From Candidatus Altiarchaeota archaeon (lineage in GTDB: Archaea; Altiarchaeota; Altiarchaeia; IMC4; SCGC-AAA252-I15): a stretch of DNA of 64,000 bases. The notes beneath the pieces are model-generated. The model was given only the letters and a program-made list of their open reading frames with translations. It searched no databases and was not told the origin of the DNA. Positions 18,326 through 28,543 of this stretch are shown piece by piece; positions within the stretch are counted from its first letter, which is position 1, and each line of letters starts with the position of its first letter. The DNA is taken from the NCBI GenBank assembly GCA_043813075.1, contig JBDRLL010000003.1, positions 96,001-160,000 on the forward strand, in the 5' to 3' direction. Position numbers and translations under genes: made by a program.

Positions 18326-19125
18326 AGGCGTGCATACTATTGATAGAAGGCACCAACTGCGAGGACGAGAGTGTGAGAGCCTTCAAAAGCGTCGGCATAG
18401 ACGCGGAGAAAGTACACCTGAAGCAGCTGACTGGAGAATGCGTGTCAGAGAGGATGAGGAACCTTGATGAATATGACGCGCTCTTCATACCGGGAGGATG
18501 GAGTGCCGGCGACTACATACGTGCTGGCGCCATATTCGCAGCGAGAATGAAGGCGAAGCTAGGGCCCGCACTAAGGAAATTCACTGAAGACGGGAGGATC
18601 ATAGTGGGCGTTTGTAACGGCTTCCAGGTGCTTGTTGAATCCGGACTGCTGCCTGGATTCGATGGGATAAGCGAACGCCCGGAGGCGGTGCTAACAATCA
18701 ACGCTTCGAACAGATTCCAGTGCAGGCCATCATTCCTAAAGCACGTTAACAAGTGCAGCATCACCTCGCGCATCCCTGAAGGCAGGGTGCTCCAGGTGCC
18801 GGTCGCGCATGCGGAAGGCAGGCTCAGTTTCGGGTCCAGGAACGATGAATTTCTGGGTAAGCTGGTTGACGGCGGGCAGATAGTGTTCAGATACTGCAGA
18901 AGCGATGGCGTTGACGCGGAAGGGGAGTTCCCATGGAACCCGAACGGATCGCTCTATGACATTGCAGGCATCTGCAATCCTGAAGGCAGCATACTCGGCA
19001 TGATGCCGCATCCTGAGCGGGTCATAGAACCTGTACAGCAGGCGGACTGGACCCGTAAAAAATACGTGGAGGGCGAAGGCAGGATATTCTTCGAAAGCAT
19101 CAGGGACTACCTCAAGTCCAAGTGA
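18322..19125 (+). CDS. purQ: FGAM synthase glutaminase subunit PurQ
   Basis: EGTNCE, GGWSAGD, GVCNGFQ, AHAEG, NPNGS, GMMPHPER; start MKACI at 18322. Confidence 0.97.
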   Translation: MKACILLIEGTNCEDESVRAFKSVGIDAEKVHLKQLTGECVSERMRNLDEYDALFIPGGWSAGDYIRAGAIFAARMKAKLGPALRKFTEDGRIIVGVCNGFQVLVESGLLPGFDGISERPEAVLTINASNRFQCRPSFLKHVNKCSITSRIPEGRVLQVPVAHAEGRLSFGSRNDEFLGKLVDGGQIVFRYCRSDGVDAEGEFPWNPNGSLYDIAGICNPEGSILGMMPHPERVIEPVQQADWTRKKYVEGEGRIFFESIRDYLKSK

Positions 19126-19616
19126 ACGCCCTTAGGTATGTCGGAGATGAAAGACATGTTGCCCTGCATCTTGTTCTCGAAACCGCACGTTGTCTTCAGG
19201 TCGTCGCCGCAGACGAACTTAACGTCCGCGAACAACAATCCCTGCTTTATGAGGAGGGCTATTGAATCACCCTCTGAAAGCAGTGGTTTTCCAGACCTTG
19301 TTGATAGAATGCATTCATCCATGACGCATGACAGCATAATTCTTTCCAACGCATAACATTCCATCCTGCACTCATCGCACGTCTGGATGCACAAGTCATT
19401 TACCACTTCCAGATGATTCCCGGTCACACTATACCGCCACTCATATCCGTTAAGAGAGTGGATGAGAAAACGTTCCGGCGCGGTAGCACCATACATGAAG
19501 TACCCGCCAGACATGAATGCCATGAGGCCTATCGCAAGATGCAGTAGAGTGAAGATCGCAGTCAACAGGATTATGCGCCGGACCCTAGCAGATTTTTCTG
19601 GCGTGCCAGGGTTCAT
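19107..19616 (-). CDS. Hypothetical membrane-anchored Cys-rich protein
   Basis: One TM helix then eight Cys; ATGA-coupled to the pcn stop. Confidence 0.6.
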   Translation of the reverse strand: MNPGTPEKSARVRRIILLTAIFTLLHLAIGLMAFMSGGYFMYGATAPERFLIHSLNGYEWRYSVTGNHLEVVNDLCIQTCDECRMECYALERIMLSCVMDECILSTRSGKPLLSEGDSIALLIKQGLLFADVKFVCGDDLKTTCGFENKMQGNMSFISDIPKGVHLDLR

Positions 19617-20347
19617 ACGCTCTCTATCCGTGGTGCTAGGTAATAGACAACCCTCCCGTCACCTATAGCATACTCGACCCGTAGTGGGGCGTCGGAACGT
19701 AGCTTGAGTGTGACCACGCTCGGCGCCTCAGCAGCCTTCAGTATGTTGTTCAAATGGTCTAGACTAAACACGGCACGAGACTCCTTGCTGACATTGACAC
19801 TCAAAACCTTCTCTTCAGGAAACTGTATGTCCACGCTACCGGTGTCGCCGTCACTTTTTATGCTGAAACCGCCGTCAAGCTTCAACTCCACGTGATTGCT
19901 CACCAGCTCAGCATCCTTGAGAGCTTCTTTTAGTATGTTAGGCGCAATCTTCACTTCAGCGGTGAATTCGATTGAAGGCTCCTTCGGCGGGTTTGAAGAA
20001 GCATCGATGACTGAGACGCTGAAGCTTCTCTTGGTCTCGCCGCGGAATACCATCTTAAGCCGCTGGTCTAGCGTCAAGTCAATCCGGTCCTCAGGCTTTG
20101 AACGCTTGGTTATCTTGTTCAGCTCAGCGAAGTCTATCCCAATGTTGGTGGGATTGTCAACCGAGAACTTCTCGAACGCGCTCCCTGAAAGCTCAAAGTC
20201 CACGAGAGCAATCTGAGAGGGGTCCATCGCACGAAGCTTAAGGCCTTCCTTGCTTATCTGGAAGGTGCCCTCGTCAATCAAGGCTGCAATAGCCTCAATG
20301 CTACTCCTCCAAGACTTAGTGTCGTTAATCGTTGCCTGAAACATCAA
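19613..20347 (-). CDS. pcn: DNA polymerase sliding clamp PCNA
   Basis: LRAMDPSQIALVD and C-terminal YYLAPRIE; exact start codon uncertain by one codon. Confidence 0.96.
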   Translation of the reverse strand: MMFQATINDTKSWRSSIEAIAALIDEGTFQISKEGLKLRAMDPSQIALVDFELSGSAFEKFSVDNPTNIGIDFAELNKITKRSKPEDRIDLTLDQRLKMVFRGETKRSFSVSVIDASSNPPKEPSIEFTAEVKIAPNILKEALKDAELVSNHVELKLDGGFSIKSDGDTGSVDIQFPEEKVLSVNVSKESRAVFSLDHLNNILKAAEAPSVVTLKLRSDAPLRVEYAIGDGRVVYYLAPRIESV

Positions 20348-20406
20348 AACACCCCAACCTAATGATGATATTAATTAACGAGTCAGGATATAAAAGCAGG
20401 AACACG

Positions 20407-21957
20407 TCATATCGTGCTTAGCCTTCTGACCACAAAATCCCGGTCCAACGTAAGCAGGAACATGGCCGCCTTAGGGCCCTTCCGCTTGCCTATAAGCGCC
20501 AGGTATATGGCCTCAAAGACCTGTTTTGGGTCTTCACCAACGTTCCTTGAAGTCTCGTATATCCGCTTGTGGAAGTCTTCAGGCTTCCATTCTTTCCCAA
20601 GCTCCTGTGAAATCTTCTTCAATGCTTCTAACTGTTTTTCAGTGAGGGAGTCGGATATTTTAGCTGCCTCCCCGTCGTCTATGAGATGGAAGAGTAGGTA
20701 TTCTGGACCGTGCTTCTGAACCCATGTTCCCGCCAGTCTTGTGCGTTCCTTGAGGCGTTTTTCAGAGAATCCATCGTAGCCCATGGAGGACACCCGGTCG
20801 GACAGCATGCGTTCATTGTCTTCCGGTATTATCTGCGCCAAGACCGCGCAGAGGGTGAATGGGACGTTAAGGTATTCTGGCTCCCCAATCTGGGACAGGC
20901 TGTACATCTCCTTGAATCCTGCGTCACCCTCTTCCTTGCAGAAGTACACGCGTTCCGCGGTGTCGTATTCGTCTGTCAGCGATGTTAGGCTGGATAGGTT
21001 TATGTCCCTCTGCTTCTGAAGCCTCTTGTACATGAAGTACTTCAGTACTTCAGGCTCCGCTATCTCAAGCCAGTCTGAGAGCGTTATCACATTGCCTTGG
21101 GAGCTGGATATCTTAGCCCCGTTGAGGGTGAAGAACTCGTAGACCACAGGCAACGGCGGCTGCCAGCCGAATACTTCCTGGGATATTATCTTGCTGGTGT
21201 CATAGCTTCCGCCTGATGCTGCATGCTCTTTCCCGAAGGGCTCGCACGTGACCTTAAAGTGGTGCCATCGCGCAGCCCATTCGACACGCCAGGGAAGCTT
21301 GCCCATACCCTGCGAAGCGTCGCTGACGCCTTTGAAGCCGCATCCCTCAACCTCCCCGCCTGAAACATCCGTGGTAACGCACTCGTAGCTGACGTTCATA
21401 CCGTCGATGCCGGTCACATTAGTCGTGGATATCCTCCCGCATCCATCGCATACCGGAGTCCATGGAACATAGTCTTCAGGCAGCGGGTCGCTCCTGAACC
21501 TGTTGAGTATTTCACGTATCTTATCCCGCGTCTTGAAGGAGGTCCGTATCTCGTCGAGTAATGCGCCTGTACGGTACAATTCTGTTCCAGAGTATACCGT
21601 GGGGTTGACGCCGAATTTCTCCAAGTCCTCTAGGAACGGTTTTGCCATGTGGTCTACGAAATTGCTGTGGCAGCCGTGGGGGTCAGGGATGTCCTTGACT
21701 GGGAAACCCAGATGATCGCGGAGGGACTCCATGCCTGCAGGCACCTTGCGGAATGGGTCGCTGTCATCAGATATCCATATCAACTCCGCATCTTGGCCGG
21801 ACGCCGCCAAAGCCTTCCTGACGCAGTCCCCCCTTATAACGTCGCTGGCGTTGCCAACGTGGGGTATGCCGGATATGCTCGTCCCGGTGGCGATAACATG
21901 GCTACCACCCCGACCAACCAATCCCTCGACTATCTCGTCACTCCAATGCATGACCAT
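20407..21957 (-). CDS. lysS: Lysine--tRNA ligase, class I
   Basis: HWSD, SISGIPHVGN (HIGH-like), GKLPWRVEWAARW, EPFGKEH, KISSSQGN. Confidence 0.97.
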   Translation of the reverse strand: MVMHWSDEIVEGLVGRGGSHVIATGTSISGIPHVGNASDVIRGDCVRKALAASGQDAELIWISDDSDPFRKVPAGMESLRDHLGFPVKDIPDPHGCHSNFVDHMAKPFLEDLEKFGVNPTVYSGTELYRTGALLDEIRTSFKTRDKIREILNRFRSDPLPEDYVPWTPVCDGCGRISTTNVTGIDGMNVSYECVTTDVSGGEVEGCGFKGVSDASQGMGKLPWRVEWAARWHHFKVTCEPFGKEHAASGGSYDTSKIISQEVFGWQPPLPVVYEFFTLNGAKISSSQGNVITLSDWLEIAEPEVLKYFMYKRLQKQRDINLSSLTSLTDEYDTAERVYFCKEEGDAGFKEMYSLSQIGEPEYLNVPFTLCAVLAQIIPEDNERMLSDRVSSMGYDGFSEKRLKERTRLAGTWVQKHGPEYLLFHLIDDGEAAKISDSLTEKQLEALKKISQELGKEWKPEDFHKRIYETSRNVGEDPKQVFEAIYLALIGKRKGPKAAMFLLTLDRDFVVRRLSTI

Positions 21958-22026
21958 ATATTATTAAAATACAGCATAATATTAACCGGCGGTATGATGA
22001 TGCGAACAACCTCTGAATTGTGATGA

Positions 22027-22218
22027 GTGATGGGCGACCTGACCGCCATTCTGGGTGTGTCCAATGTTAAGGACGGTGTTCTTGGGGTTATGGCCGCTAA
22101 ATTCAGGGATAACCTGCAGGAGTACGGGCCATATGACGGGATTACCTTAGCAGAGGGCGGGTCAAACCTTGACGAGCTGGTTACGAGACAATTAATTAGT
22201 TTCGATTATACAAGTTAA
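22027..22218 (+). CDS. Small hypothetical protein
   Basis: 63-aa ORF filling the gap before the GT4 gene; no recognised motif. Confidence 0.35.
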   Translation: MMGDLTAILGVSNVKDGVLGVMAAKFRDNLQEYGPYDGITLAEGGSNLDELVTRQLISFDYTS

Positions 22219-22226
22219 TTGACAAG

Positions 22227-23501
22227 ATGAAAGTGGGTTACCTGCACCTAGGGCCCCCTAAACATGGCGTTTGCCGTTACGGGATGCTCCTCGCCGAGGA
22301 AGCCAAGACTAGGAGTGACTTGGAGGTGATGGAGGAGAGGATTATCCTGGGGGATGATTATGGGAAGAACCGGAGGATGCTTGCTAATGCGGGGAAGAGG
22401 CTTTCTGCCGCAGATGTCGTGCACATCCAGTACACGAGGTACCCTGACCTAGTGTGGGGTAAAGGTTTCGATCACGTCCGCAATATGCTGGTGTTCATGA
22501 TGCACTGCAGGACACTGGTGGTCACCACACTCCACGACGTCTATCTGAACGAGTATTTCACTCCCGGGATGGTACTGGGTTTTTACGCGAAATACTTCAA
22601 GGGGATGCTGTCAGGTATTTTCAATGGCAGGAGAAGGGAGACCAGTCTGAGGGAATTGTATCTGAAGGCAAGGCCCAGCCTCGGGTACCTGCTTGCCACT
22701 AAGATGATATCCTTCAAGTCAAGCCTGGTTCTAGTATGCTCTAGGGAGGAGAGGAAGAGGATAAAGAGCTTCGTGAAGATTAGAAAAATCAGGGTCATAA
22801 ACCATTTCGTGGAAAAAAGGGATCCCCACACGAAGTCCGACGCTGAGAAGGCAAAGAAAAAGCTCGGATTAGAAGGGCATCGGGTGATAACACTGCTAGG
22901 ATTCTTATGGGGTTCTAAGGGGCACAGGATGGTTGTAGAGTCAATCCCTCTTCTGCCAGAGGACGTGACCGTGGTTTTCGCTGGGGGGCCGGGCTTGAAA
23001 CAGGAGGAGACTGAGGACATAGTCTGGATGCTTACACTTTTGGCCAGGAGGCTTCGTGTCTCATCAAGACTTAGGATAACTGGTTATCTGCCGGATGACA
23101 AGCTCGAGGAGTACATTATCGCAACAGACCTGGCGGTATGCCCGTTCATAAACATGGCGAGCTCGGGATCCCTATCCACCTGGATTTCATACGCGCGGCC
23201 GATACTCGCATCCAGGCTCCCTCAGATGAGGGAGTATAACGCGATGGAGCCCGGTTCGATACGTTTTTTCGAACCATACAACAGCAGGGGGTTCGCGATA
23301 GCGGTTGACAGGGAATTGGAGACTTGCAGCCTGAAGGATGACGCTAGGGTGGCTGGGCTCAGGAGCAGGATGATCATCCCAGTCGCCTTCGACAAACACC
23401 TGGAATGCTTTAAACGCATCATAAAGCAGAATAATAGTAAAGAAAACCTAAGGGATACAGATGGATTACGACATAAAACGCTCGATAGAACACCTGCTTG
23501 A
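22227..23501 (+). CDS. Glycosyltransferase family 4
   Basis: HGVCRYG, DVVHIQY, TTLHD, GFLWGSKG, ASSGSL. Confidence 0.88.
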   Translation: MKVGYLHLGPPKHGVCRYGMLLAEEAKTRSDLEVMEERIILGDDYGKNRRMLANAGKRLSAADVVHIQYTRYPDLVWGKGFDHVRNMLVFMMHCRTLVVTTLHDVYLNEYFTPGMVLGFYAKYFKGMLSGIFNGRRRETSLRELYLKARPSLGYLLATKMISFKSSLVLVCSREERKRIKSFVKIRKIRVINHFVEKRDPHTKSDAEKAKKKLGLEGHRVITLLGFLWGSKGHRMVVESIPLLPEDVTVVFAGGPGLKQEETEDIVWMLTLLARRLRVSSRLRITGYLPDDKLEEYIIATDLAVCPFINMASSGSLSTWISYARPILASRLPQMREYNAMEPGSIRFFEPYNSRGFAIAVDRELETCSLKDDARVAGLRSRMIIPVAFDKHLECFKRIIKQNNSKENLRDTDGLRHKTLDRTPA

Positions 23502-24342
23502 GACCAACAACGTGAGGAGGAGCCTCTGGCACATGGACAACAAGGTTGAGGACCTGGTGTACGGCATACGCCAGGGAGACGACTCGGTTGTCGTTGGGGA
23601 CATGATATTCAACATGGAGGGCCCATACCCCCTCAAGACCGGGAGGAAGACAGGCCTCATACACACTTGCAGCGACATAGTGGTTATGGGCGGGAGGCCG
23701 TTGTTCGCATTCAACGCGATGCAGGTGGATTCCATGAAGGAGGCTGATGAGGTTATTGAAGACATCAAGAGGCAGTCGAACGGCCTGGGCGTGCCGATGG
23801 TCGGGGGCAACACACAGATGGAGAACGACCTCAAGCCCTGCGTCTCATTTGCAGTGGTTGGGAGGCTTGTCGGGGAGCCTATCGCCGATGCGGGATGCGT
23901 TGAGGGGGATAGTATGCTGATGCTAGGCGAGATTGTCGAGGGGGATATAGGGGAGAGGGTGTATAGGGCTAAGGTAAAGTATGAGACGTTCCTGGAGATG
24001 CTGGAGGAGAAGGTTGTGGTTCACGCGGCGAAGGATGCGAGCAGGGGAGGATGGTTCGGGAACATGGTCGAGATGCTTGTGAAAAGCAGGCGGGGCGTGA
24101 AGTTGAAGAGCATACCTTATCCGGAGGTATCAAGGTATATGGGCACTTTCCTCATCTCAGTGCCGGAGGTGGAAGTGGACCGTGTTGTGGAAATCGCGTC
24201 CAAGAGAAAGTGTCCTGTCGTCGAAGTCGGTGAGGTGCTGAAGGACACTCATGTTGTCATGGGCAGGAAGAAGCTTGTGAACAAGAAGAAGATGCAGGAA
24301 CTCATACGGGGCATACCCTACAAGAAGCCGAAAAAGGCTTGA
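23461..24342 (+). CDS. AIR synthase-related (PurM-like fold) protein
   Basis: GDDSVV, SDIVVMGGRP, VGGNT, AKDASRGG. Confidence 0.85.
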   Translation: MDYDIKRSIEHLLETNNVRRSLWHMDNKVEDLVYGIRQGDDSVVVGDMIFNMEGPYPLKTGRKTGLIHTCSDIVVMGGRPLFAFNAMQVDSMKEADEVIEDIKRQSNGLGVPMVGGNTQMENDLKPCVSFAVVGRLVGEPIADAGCVEGDSMLMLGEIVEGDIGERVYRAKVKYETFLEMLEEKVVVHAAKDASRGGWFGNMVEMLVKSRRGVKLKSIPYPEVSRYMGTFLISVPEVEVDRVVEIASKRKCPVVEVGEVLKDTHVVMGRKKLVNKKKMQELIRGIPYKKPKKA

Positions 24343-24369
24343 TGACAATCAACAACACCGGTTTTTCAA

Positions 24370-25596
24370 ATGGCAGGAGTGGAGATATCTGTTGTAGTGT
24401 GCACGTACAAGCGTCCGGACTATCTCAGAAAAACGATTAAAAGCCTGGTGACACAGAGTTTAGACGGGGGAAGATACGAGATAATAGTCGTCGACAACGA
24501 GATAAGCGGTGAAACGCGCGGTGTGGTAGACGAATTCGGTGGATACAACGTCAGATACATTCCCGAACCTAGGCTCGGCGCATCATACGCAAGGAACACC
24601 GGATGGATGAATGCTAGCGGGCGTTACATAGCATTCACTGACGACGACGCGATAGCGTATCCTGACTGGCTTGAGAGCATAATAAAAGCATTCGATAGCG
24701 TGAAGCCTAGTCCTGGAGTTGTGGGCGGTAAGGTGGAGCCCATATGGCAGTCCAAACCCCCTGAATGGCTTAGAGGATGGCTGCTGGACCTGCTCACAAT
24801 AGTCGACCATTATGACTCCCCGACGGTTCTGAACGACACCGGAAAATGGCTGGTTGCCATGAACATCGCCTACCCCAGGGAAATCCTAGAGAAATACGGG
24901 GGATGGGACGTTAAGACAGGTAGGAGAGGCGGCAGACTACTGTCCTGCGAGGAAGAGTGGTTGAACGAGAAAATCGCTGGGGACGGCCATCAGATATACT
25001 ACAGTCCAGACATCATCATGAAGCACCACATAATGCCGGAACGTATGACAGTCAAATGGCTTGCCAGAAGGATGTTTTGGAATGGCGTATCGCACGCGGT
25101 AATACAACTGATTAAGGGCGGACGACGGAAAGGCATAAGCTCTCTGATTAAAGATGTCGACTCGCACACACTCAACTACATGGAAAAGGAATACGAAAGC
25201 AAAGTACTGTTAGAGCTTAAGAGAGACTACGACAAGACTTGGGGGGGGAACAATATTGTTAAGGAAGGCATTGATGACTTGATAGTAAGATACAACGACT
25301 ACGGCGGCAGGAAGTCACTAATCAGCGAACTGCGTGAATTAAACCGGAAAAACGAGTGCAGGGGGATAAGAGACCTGCTGGAGAGATACGACGTTAGCAT
25401 GATACCGCTGAAAACAAGGGTGACATACATTTATGCAGTATACAAGGGGCTATGTGAAGACTATGTGGGGCCGGGCGGCCTAAAGAAAAGTGAAAAAGAG
25501 CGCTACTATTCTCTTCTATACGATAGGATAACGTTTATCCTCTACTTATCCGAGAATATCGGATACACGTTGGGTATGACTGGTTTGGTCAATTGA
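24370..25596 (+). CDS. Glycosyltransferase family 2
   Basis: SVVVCTYKR, IIVVDN, GASYARNTG, FTDDD. Confidence 0.9.
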   Translation: MAGVEISVVVCTYKRPDYLRKTIKSLVTQSLDGGRYEIIVVDNEISGETRGVVDEFGGYNVRYIPEPRLGASYARNTGWMNASGRYIAFTDDDAIAYPDWLESIIKAFDSVKPSPGVVGGKVEPIWQSKPPEWLRGWLLDLLTIVDHYDSPTVLNDTGKWLVAMNIAYPREILEKYGGWDVKTGRRGGRLLSCEEEWLNEKIAGDGHQIYYSPDIIMKHHIMPERMTVKWLARRMFWNGVSHAVIQLIKGGRRKGISSLIKDVDSHTLNYMEKEYESKVLLELKRDYDKTWGGNNIVKEGIDDLIVRYNDYGGRKSLISELRELNRKNECRGIRDLLERYDVSMIPLKTRVTYIYAVYKGLCEDYVGPGGLKKSEKERYYSLLYDRITFILYLSENIGYTLGMTGLVN

Positions 25597-25647
25597 AAAG
25601 CAGCTTCAGGACTCAACTAATAAAACACCAAACCAATGATATAAAAT

Positions 25648-27570
25648 ATGAACAAGGACTCTGGACTGGCGAAATACCTCAGGGATGAGGAGAAGATAGC
25701 CAAGATGCTTTTCCTACTAGCTGCCGCGAGCGCTGTCCTAGAGTACTTTGGCGTGGAGCAGAGACTGCCTTTCCATATAGCACTGCTGACTATCGCATTC
25801 ACGCCAATCCTGTTGAAGAGGGAGCAGATGAACAACATGAGGTTTGCCGTACCCTATCTAGCTGCAGCAGCATTGATTTTCACCATGCCCTTGTTCAAGA
25901 ACTTCAGTTACTGGGGGTATCATGACTGGGACTTCCACATGGCCATGAACGAGGTGGCGAGGAGGACCATAATAGAATACTGGCAGATCCCATTCTGGAA
26001 TCCTTTCGCTGGGGGAGGGAAGATATTCCTCGCGAACCCGAGCTCAGGATTCCTAAGCCCGCTCTACGTCATCGTGCTGATATTCGGCACAGTCCACGGA
26101 ATGAAGCTGCAGATAATAGCGCACACCATATTAGGTTTGATAGGGTTCATGCTGCTGTCGAAAAACCTGGGTTTGAAGGGGCATGCTGCATACCTACCAG
26201 GATTCGTGTACATGTTCAACAGCTTCTACAGCCTTCACCTGACGGTAGGCCATTACGCGTGGATAGCCACCTGCTGGCTCCCCTACGTCTTCCTATACTA
26301 CAAGATGAGTTACGAGGAGTTGAGGTACACGCTGGTGGCGGGACTGTTCATCGCACTAATGTATCTTGAGGCTCACGGATACTTGTTCGCATACTCTCTT
26401 CTCGTCATAGGACTGCACGCGTTCTTCAAATTCGCAACAAACCTTCTGTCCCGGCAAACTTCCTTAAGGAGAAAGCTGATGCCGTTGATTATCATACCAC
26501 TGATAGTCAGTTCGACATTGCTTATTGGGTCTGTGAAGATAATACCCACACTATTGTACACTCAAGACTACCCACACAAATTCACGAGACAGCCAGGATT
26601 CCAGCTTTCAACCCTAGAGTACGCCCTCCTGAACACCAGCAGGATAAGCACTTCAATATACTGGCATAACAAAAGCGCGTACATGGGTGTCATACCCATA
26701 CTGCTCGCGTTGATGGGCGTGGTAGTCATGGGGAGGGAGTCGATACCTTTGATACTTGCATTGATCATAATACTGTGGGCGTCGTTCACGACCTACGCGC
26801 AGATAAACATTTGGGAGATGATAAACAAGCTGCCGTTATACCAACACCTTAGGTCGCCCACCAGGCTGATAATGCTGGTCGTGTTCATAATAGCCATCTT
26901 CGCAGGGCAGGGGGCTAAGAAGGTGGACAGGATAAGCGAGAAGCTTACGGCACTCCTCGTCACATACTGTATGATAACCTTCGTCATGTACAACAGTAAC
27001 GTGCTGTACAAGGCGTTCATAATAGAACCATACGCAGTCAAAAGAACAGGCACCGAATTCCAGCAGGGATACTTCAGCGACAAGAAGAGGGGTCAGAACA
27101 CCAACATATTCGCCCACATAAACGCTAACCAAGGCTACCTGAAGGACTACGACCCCGTGAAGAAGAGGAACTACGCCATAGACTTCAGGAACAAAAGCTA
27201 TGAGGGAGAAGCGTTCATGACATCCAACAACAAGGCAGAGCTCACATACTTCTCCCCCAACAAGTTCGTGGTAGAACCCGGTGACGACGGAGTAGTGGTC
27301 TTGAACCAGAACTACGTTGACGGGTGGAGTGCGAACGGGAAGGAAGCACTGAAGGTGGACGGGCTTGTGGGTGCTGAAGCAACCAAAGAAGAGGGAGAAG
27401 TCGCCTTCAAATACACTCCGCCAGGATTCTACCTCGGATTCATGCTGACCACAGGAACACTAGTGCTGACACTGCTCGCGCTGACGAACAACCTGCCAAA
27501 ACTAAAGCAGATGATAAAAGACACCCTCAAAGAGGCCCGGAAGGAGTCCGAACGCGAATACCTCAAGTAG
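25648..27570 (+). CDS. YfhO-like multi-pass membrane protein (putative GT-C glycosyltransferase)
   Basis: PFWNPFAGGG..FLANP, LRSPTR, C-terminal LNQNYVDGW...FKYTPP; many TM helices. Confidence 0.8.
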   Translation: MNKDSGLAKYLRDEEKIAKMLFLLAAASAVLEYFGVEQRLPFHIALLTIAFTPILLKREQMNNMRFAVPYLAAAALIFTMPLFKNFSYWGYHDWDFHMAMNEVARRTIIEYWQIPFWNPFAGGGKIFLANPSSGFLSPLYVIVLIFGTVHGMKLQIIAHTILGLIGFMLLSKNLGLKGHAAYLPGFVYMFNSFYSLHLTVGHYAWIATCWLPYVFLYYKMSYEELRYTLVAGLFIALMYLEAHGYLFAYSLLVIGLHAFFKFATNLLSRQTSLRRKLMPLIIIPLIVSSTLLIGSVKIIPTLLYTQDYPHKFTRQPGFQLSTLEYALLNTSRISTSIYWHNKSAYMGVIPILLALMGVVVMGRESIPLILALIIILWASFTTYAQINIWEMINKLPLYQHLRSPTRLIMLVVFIIAIFAGQGAKKVDRISEKLTALLVTYCMITFVMYNSNVLYKAFIIEPYAVKRTGTEFQQGYFSDKKRGQNTNIFAHINANQGYLKDYDPVKKRNYAIDFRNKSYEGEAFMTSNNKAELTYFSPNKFVVEPGDDGVVVLNQNYVDGWSANGKEALKVDGLVGAEATKEEGEVAFKYTPPGFYLGFMLTTGTLVLTLLALTNNLPKLKQMIKDTLKEARKESEREYLK

Positions 27571-28507
27571 AGTTCTCAGGCGCATTCCCAGACAGGACAG
27601 TGTTGTCTATGTCCTTGAACATGGGGAAGCCGCGCTCGCTTATCGGGACATACATGACGCTGTTGTGCTTGTCCAGATTGGTAATCCAGTACCAGCTCAA
27701 GTACGCTGGAGTCAGACTCTGGCCGATTATGTCATTGGCCTTGGATATGCCCTCAGCCTCAATGCGCTTCCTCTCAGCCTCCTTCTGCTCCTTCTGTATA
27801 ACGAACTCCATCTTCTGAGCCTCCTGCTCAGCCTGCAGTTTAACCTCGATGGCACGCTCTATCTGCGGGGGCCGGACTATTGTCCTAACCAGCACCTGCT
27901 CCAAAACTATGTTCTTATCCTGGAACAGAGGCCTTAGGTTGTTGAATATCTTCTTGGCCATCTCAGGCCGCTTCTGGTGCATGTCCATCGCAAGGTATTC
28001 CCCGGCAACGTCGCGTATCGCCGTCCTGGCGACTGGGCGTATGATTATCTTCTCATAGTCTCTCCCGACAGTCTGATGAATCTGATTCGCCTTCTCAGGG
28101 ACTATGTGGTAGAGTATTGTCACGTCAAAGTCGACGTTCAAACCGTCCTTTGATATGGCGGTTATCCTGTCGTCGCCCTTGACACTACCCTCCCCGGAAA
28201 CGATGCTCATGGTATAGTCCTGGGTCTTTACGTTGTAGTTGGTGACCGTCACCCAGGGCGGCTTGAGATGCCACCCCTCATTGAACTCATCCTCCAGAAC
28301 GCCTCCAGACAGGTAGTTGAACCTCACACCACGCTCGCCGGCGCCGACACTCGCAATCAACAAGGGGCTGATGAAGATGAATGCTATGAAAAAAACGATT
28401 AGAAGCGTTATGATTGAGCCGGCCGGACTCCTGCCGCCGGACCTGCCTCTATGATGCCCGGACTCAACGCCAACCGGGATATCAATCTCCTCGCCGAATA
28501 GCCTCAT
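27563..28507 (-). CDS. Prohibitin/SPFH domain protein
   Basis: GERGVRF, EGWHLKPPW, SKDGLNV, AEQEAQ coiled coil. Confidence 0.92.
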   Translation of the reverse strand: MRLFGEEIDIPVGVESGHHRGRSGGRSPAGSIITLLIVFFIAFIFISPLLIASVGAGERGVRFNYLSGGVLEDEFNEGWHLKPPWVTVTNYNVKTQDYTMSIVSGEGSVKGDDRITAISKDGLNVDFDVTILYHIVPEKANQIHQTVGRDYEKIIIRPVARTAIRDVAGEYLAMDMHQKRPEMAKKIFNNLRPLFQDKNIVLEQVLVRTIVRPPQIERAIEVKLQAEQEAQKMEFVIQKEQKEAERKRIEAEGISKANDIIGQSLTPAYLSWYWITNLDKHNSVMYVPISERGFPMFKDIDNTVLSGNAPENST

Positions 28508-28528
28508 GATAGATGATTAGTTCAGTTA

Positions 28529-28536
28529 GTATATAA
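28529..28536 (-). promoter_or_regulatory. TATA box of SPFH gene (probably leaderless)
   Basis: TTATATAC on the minus strand 21 nt before the ATG at 28507. Confidence 0.55.
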
Positions 28537-28543
28537 GTGACGT

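Noticed and set aside
23461-24342. Possible selenophosphate synthetase (selD) or purM
   Set aside because: Lacks the N-terminal Cys/Sec-x-x-Lys of SelD and the PurM-specific motifs; only the shared fold is supported.
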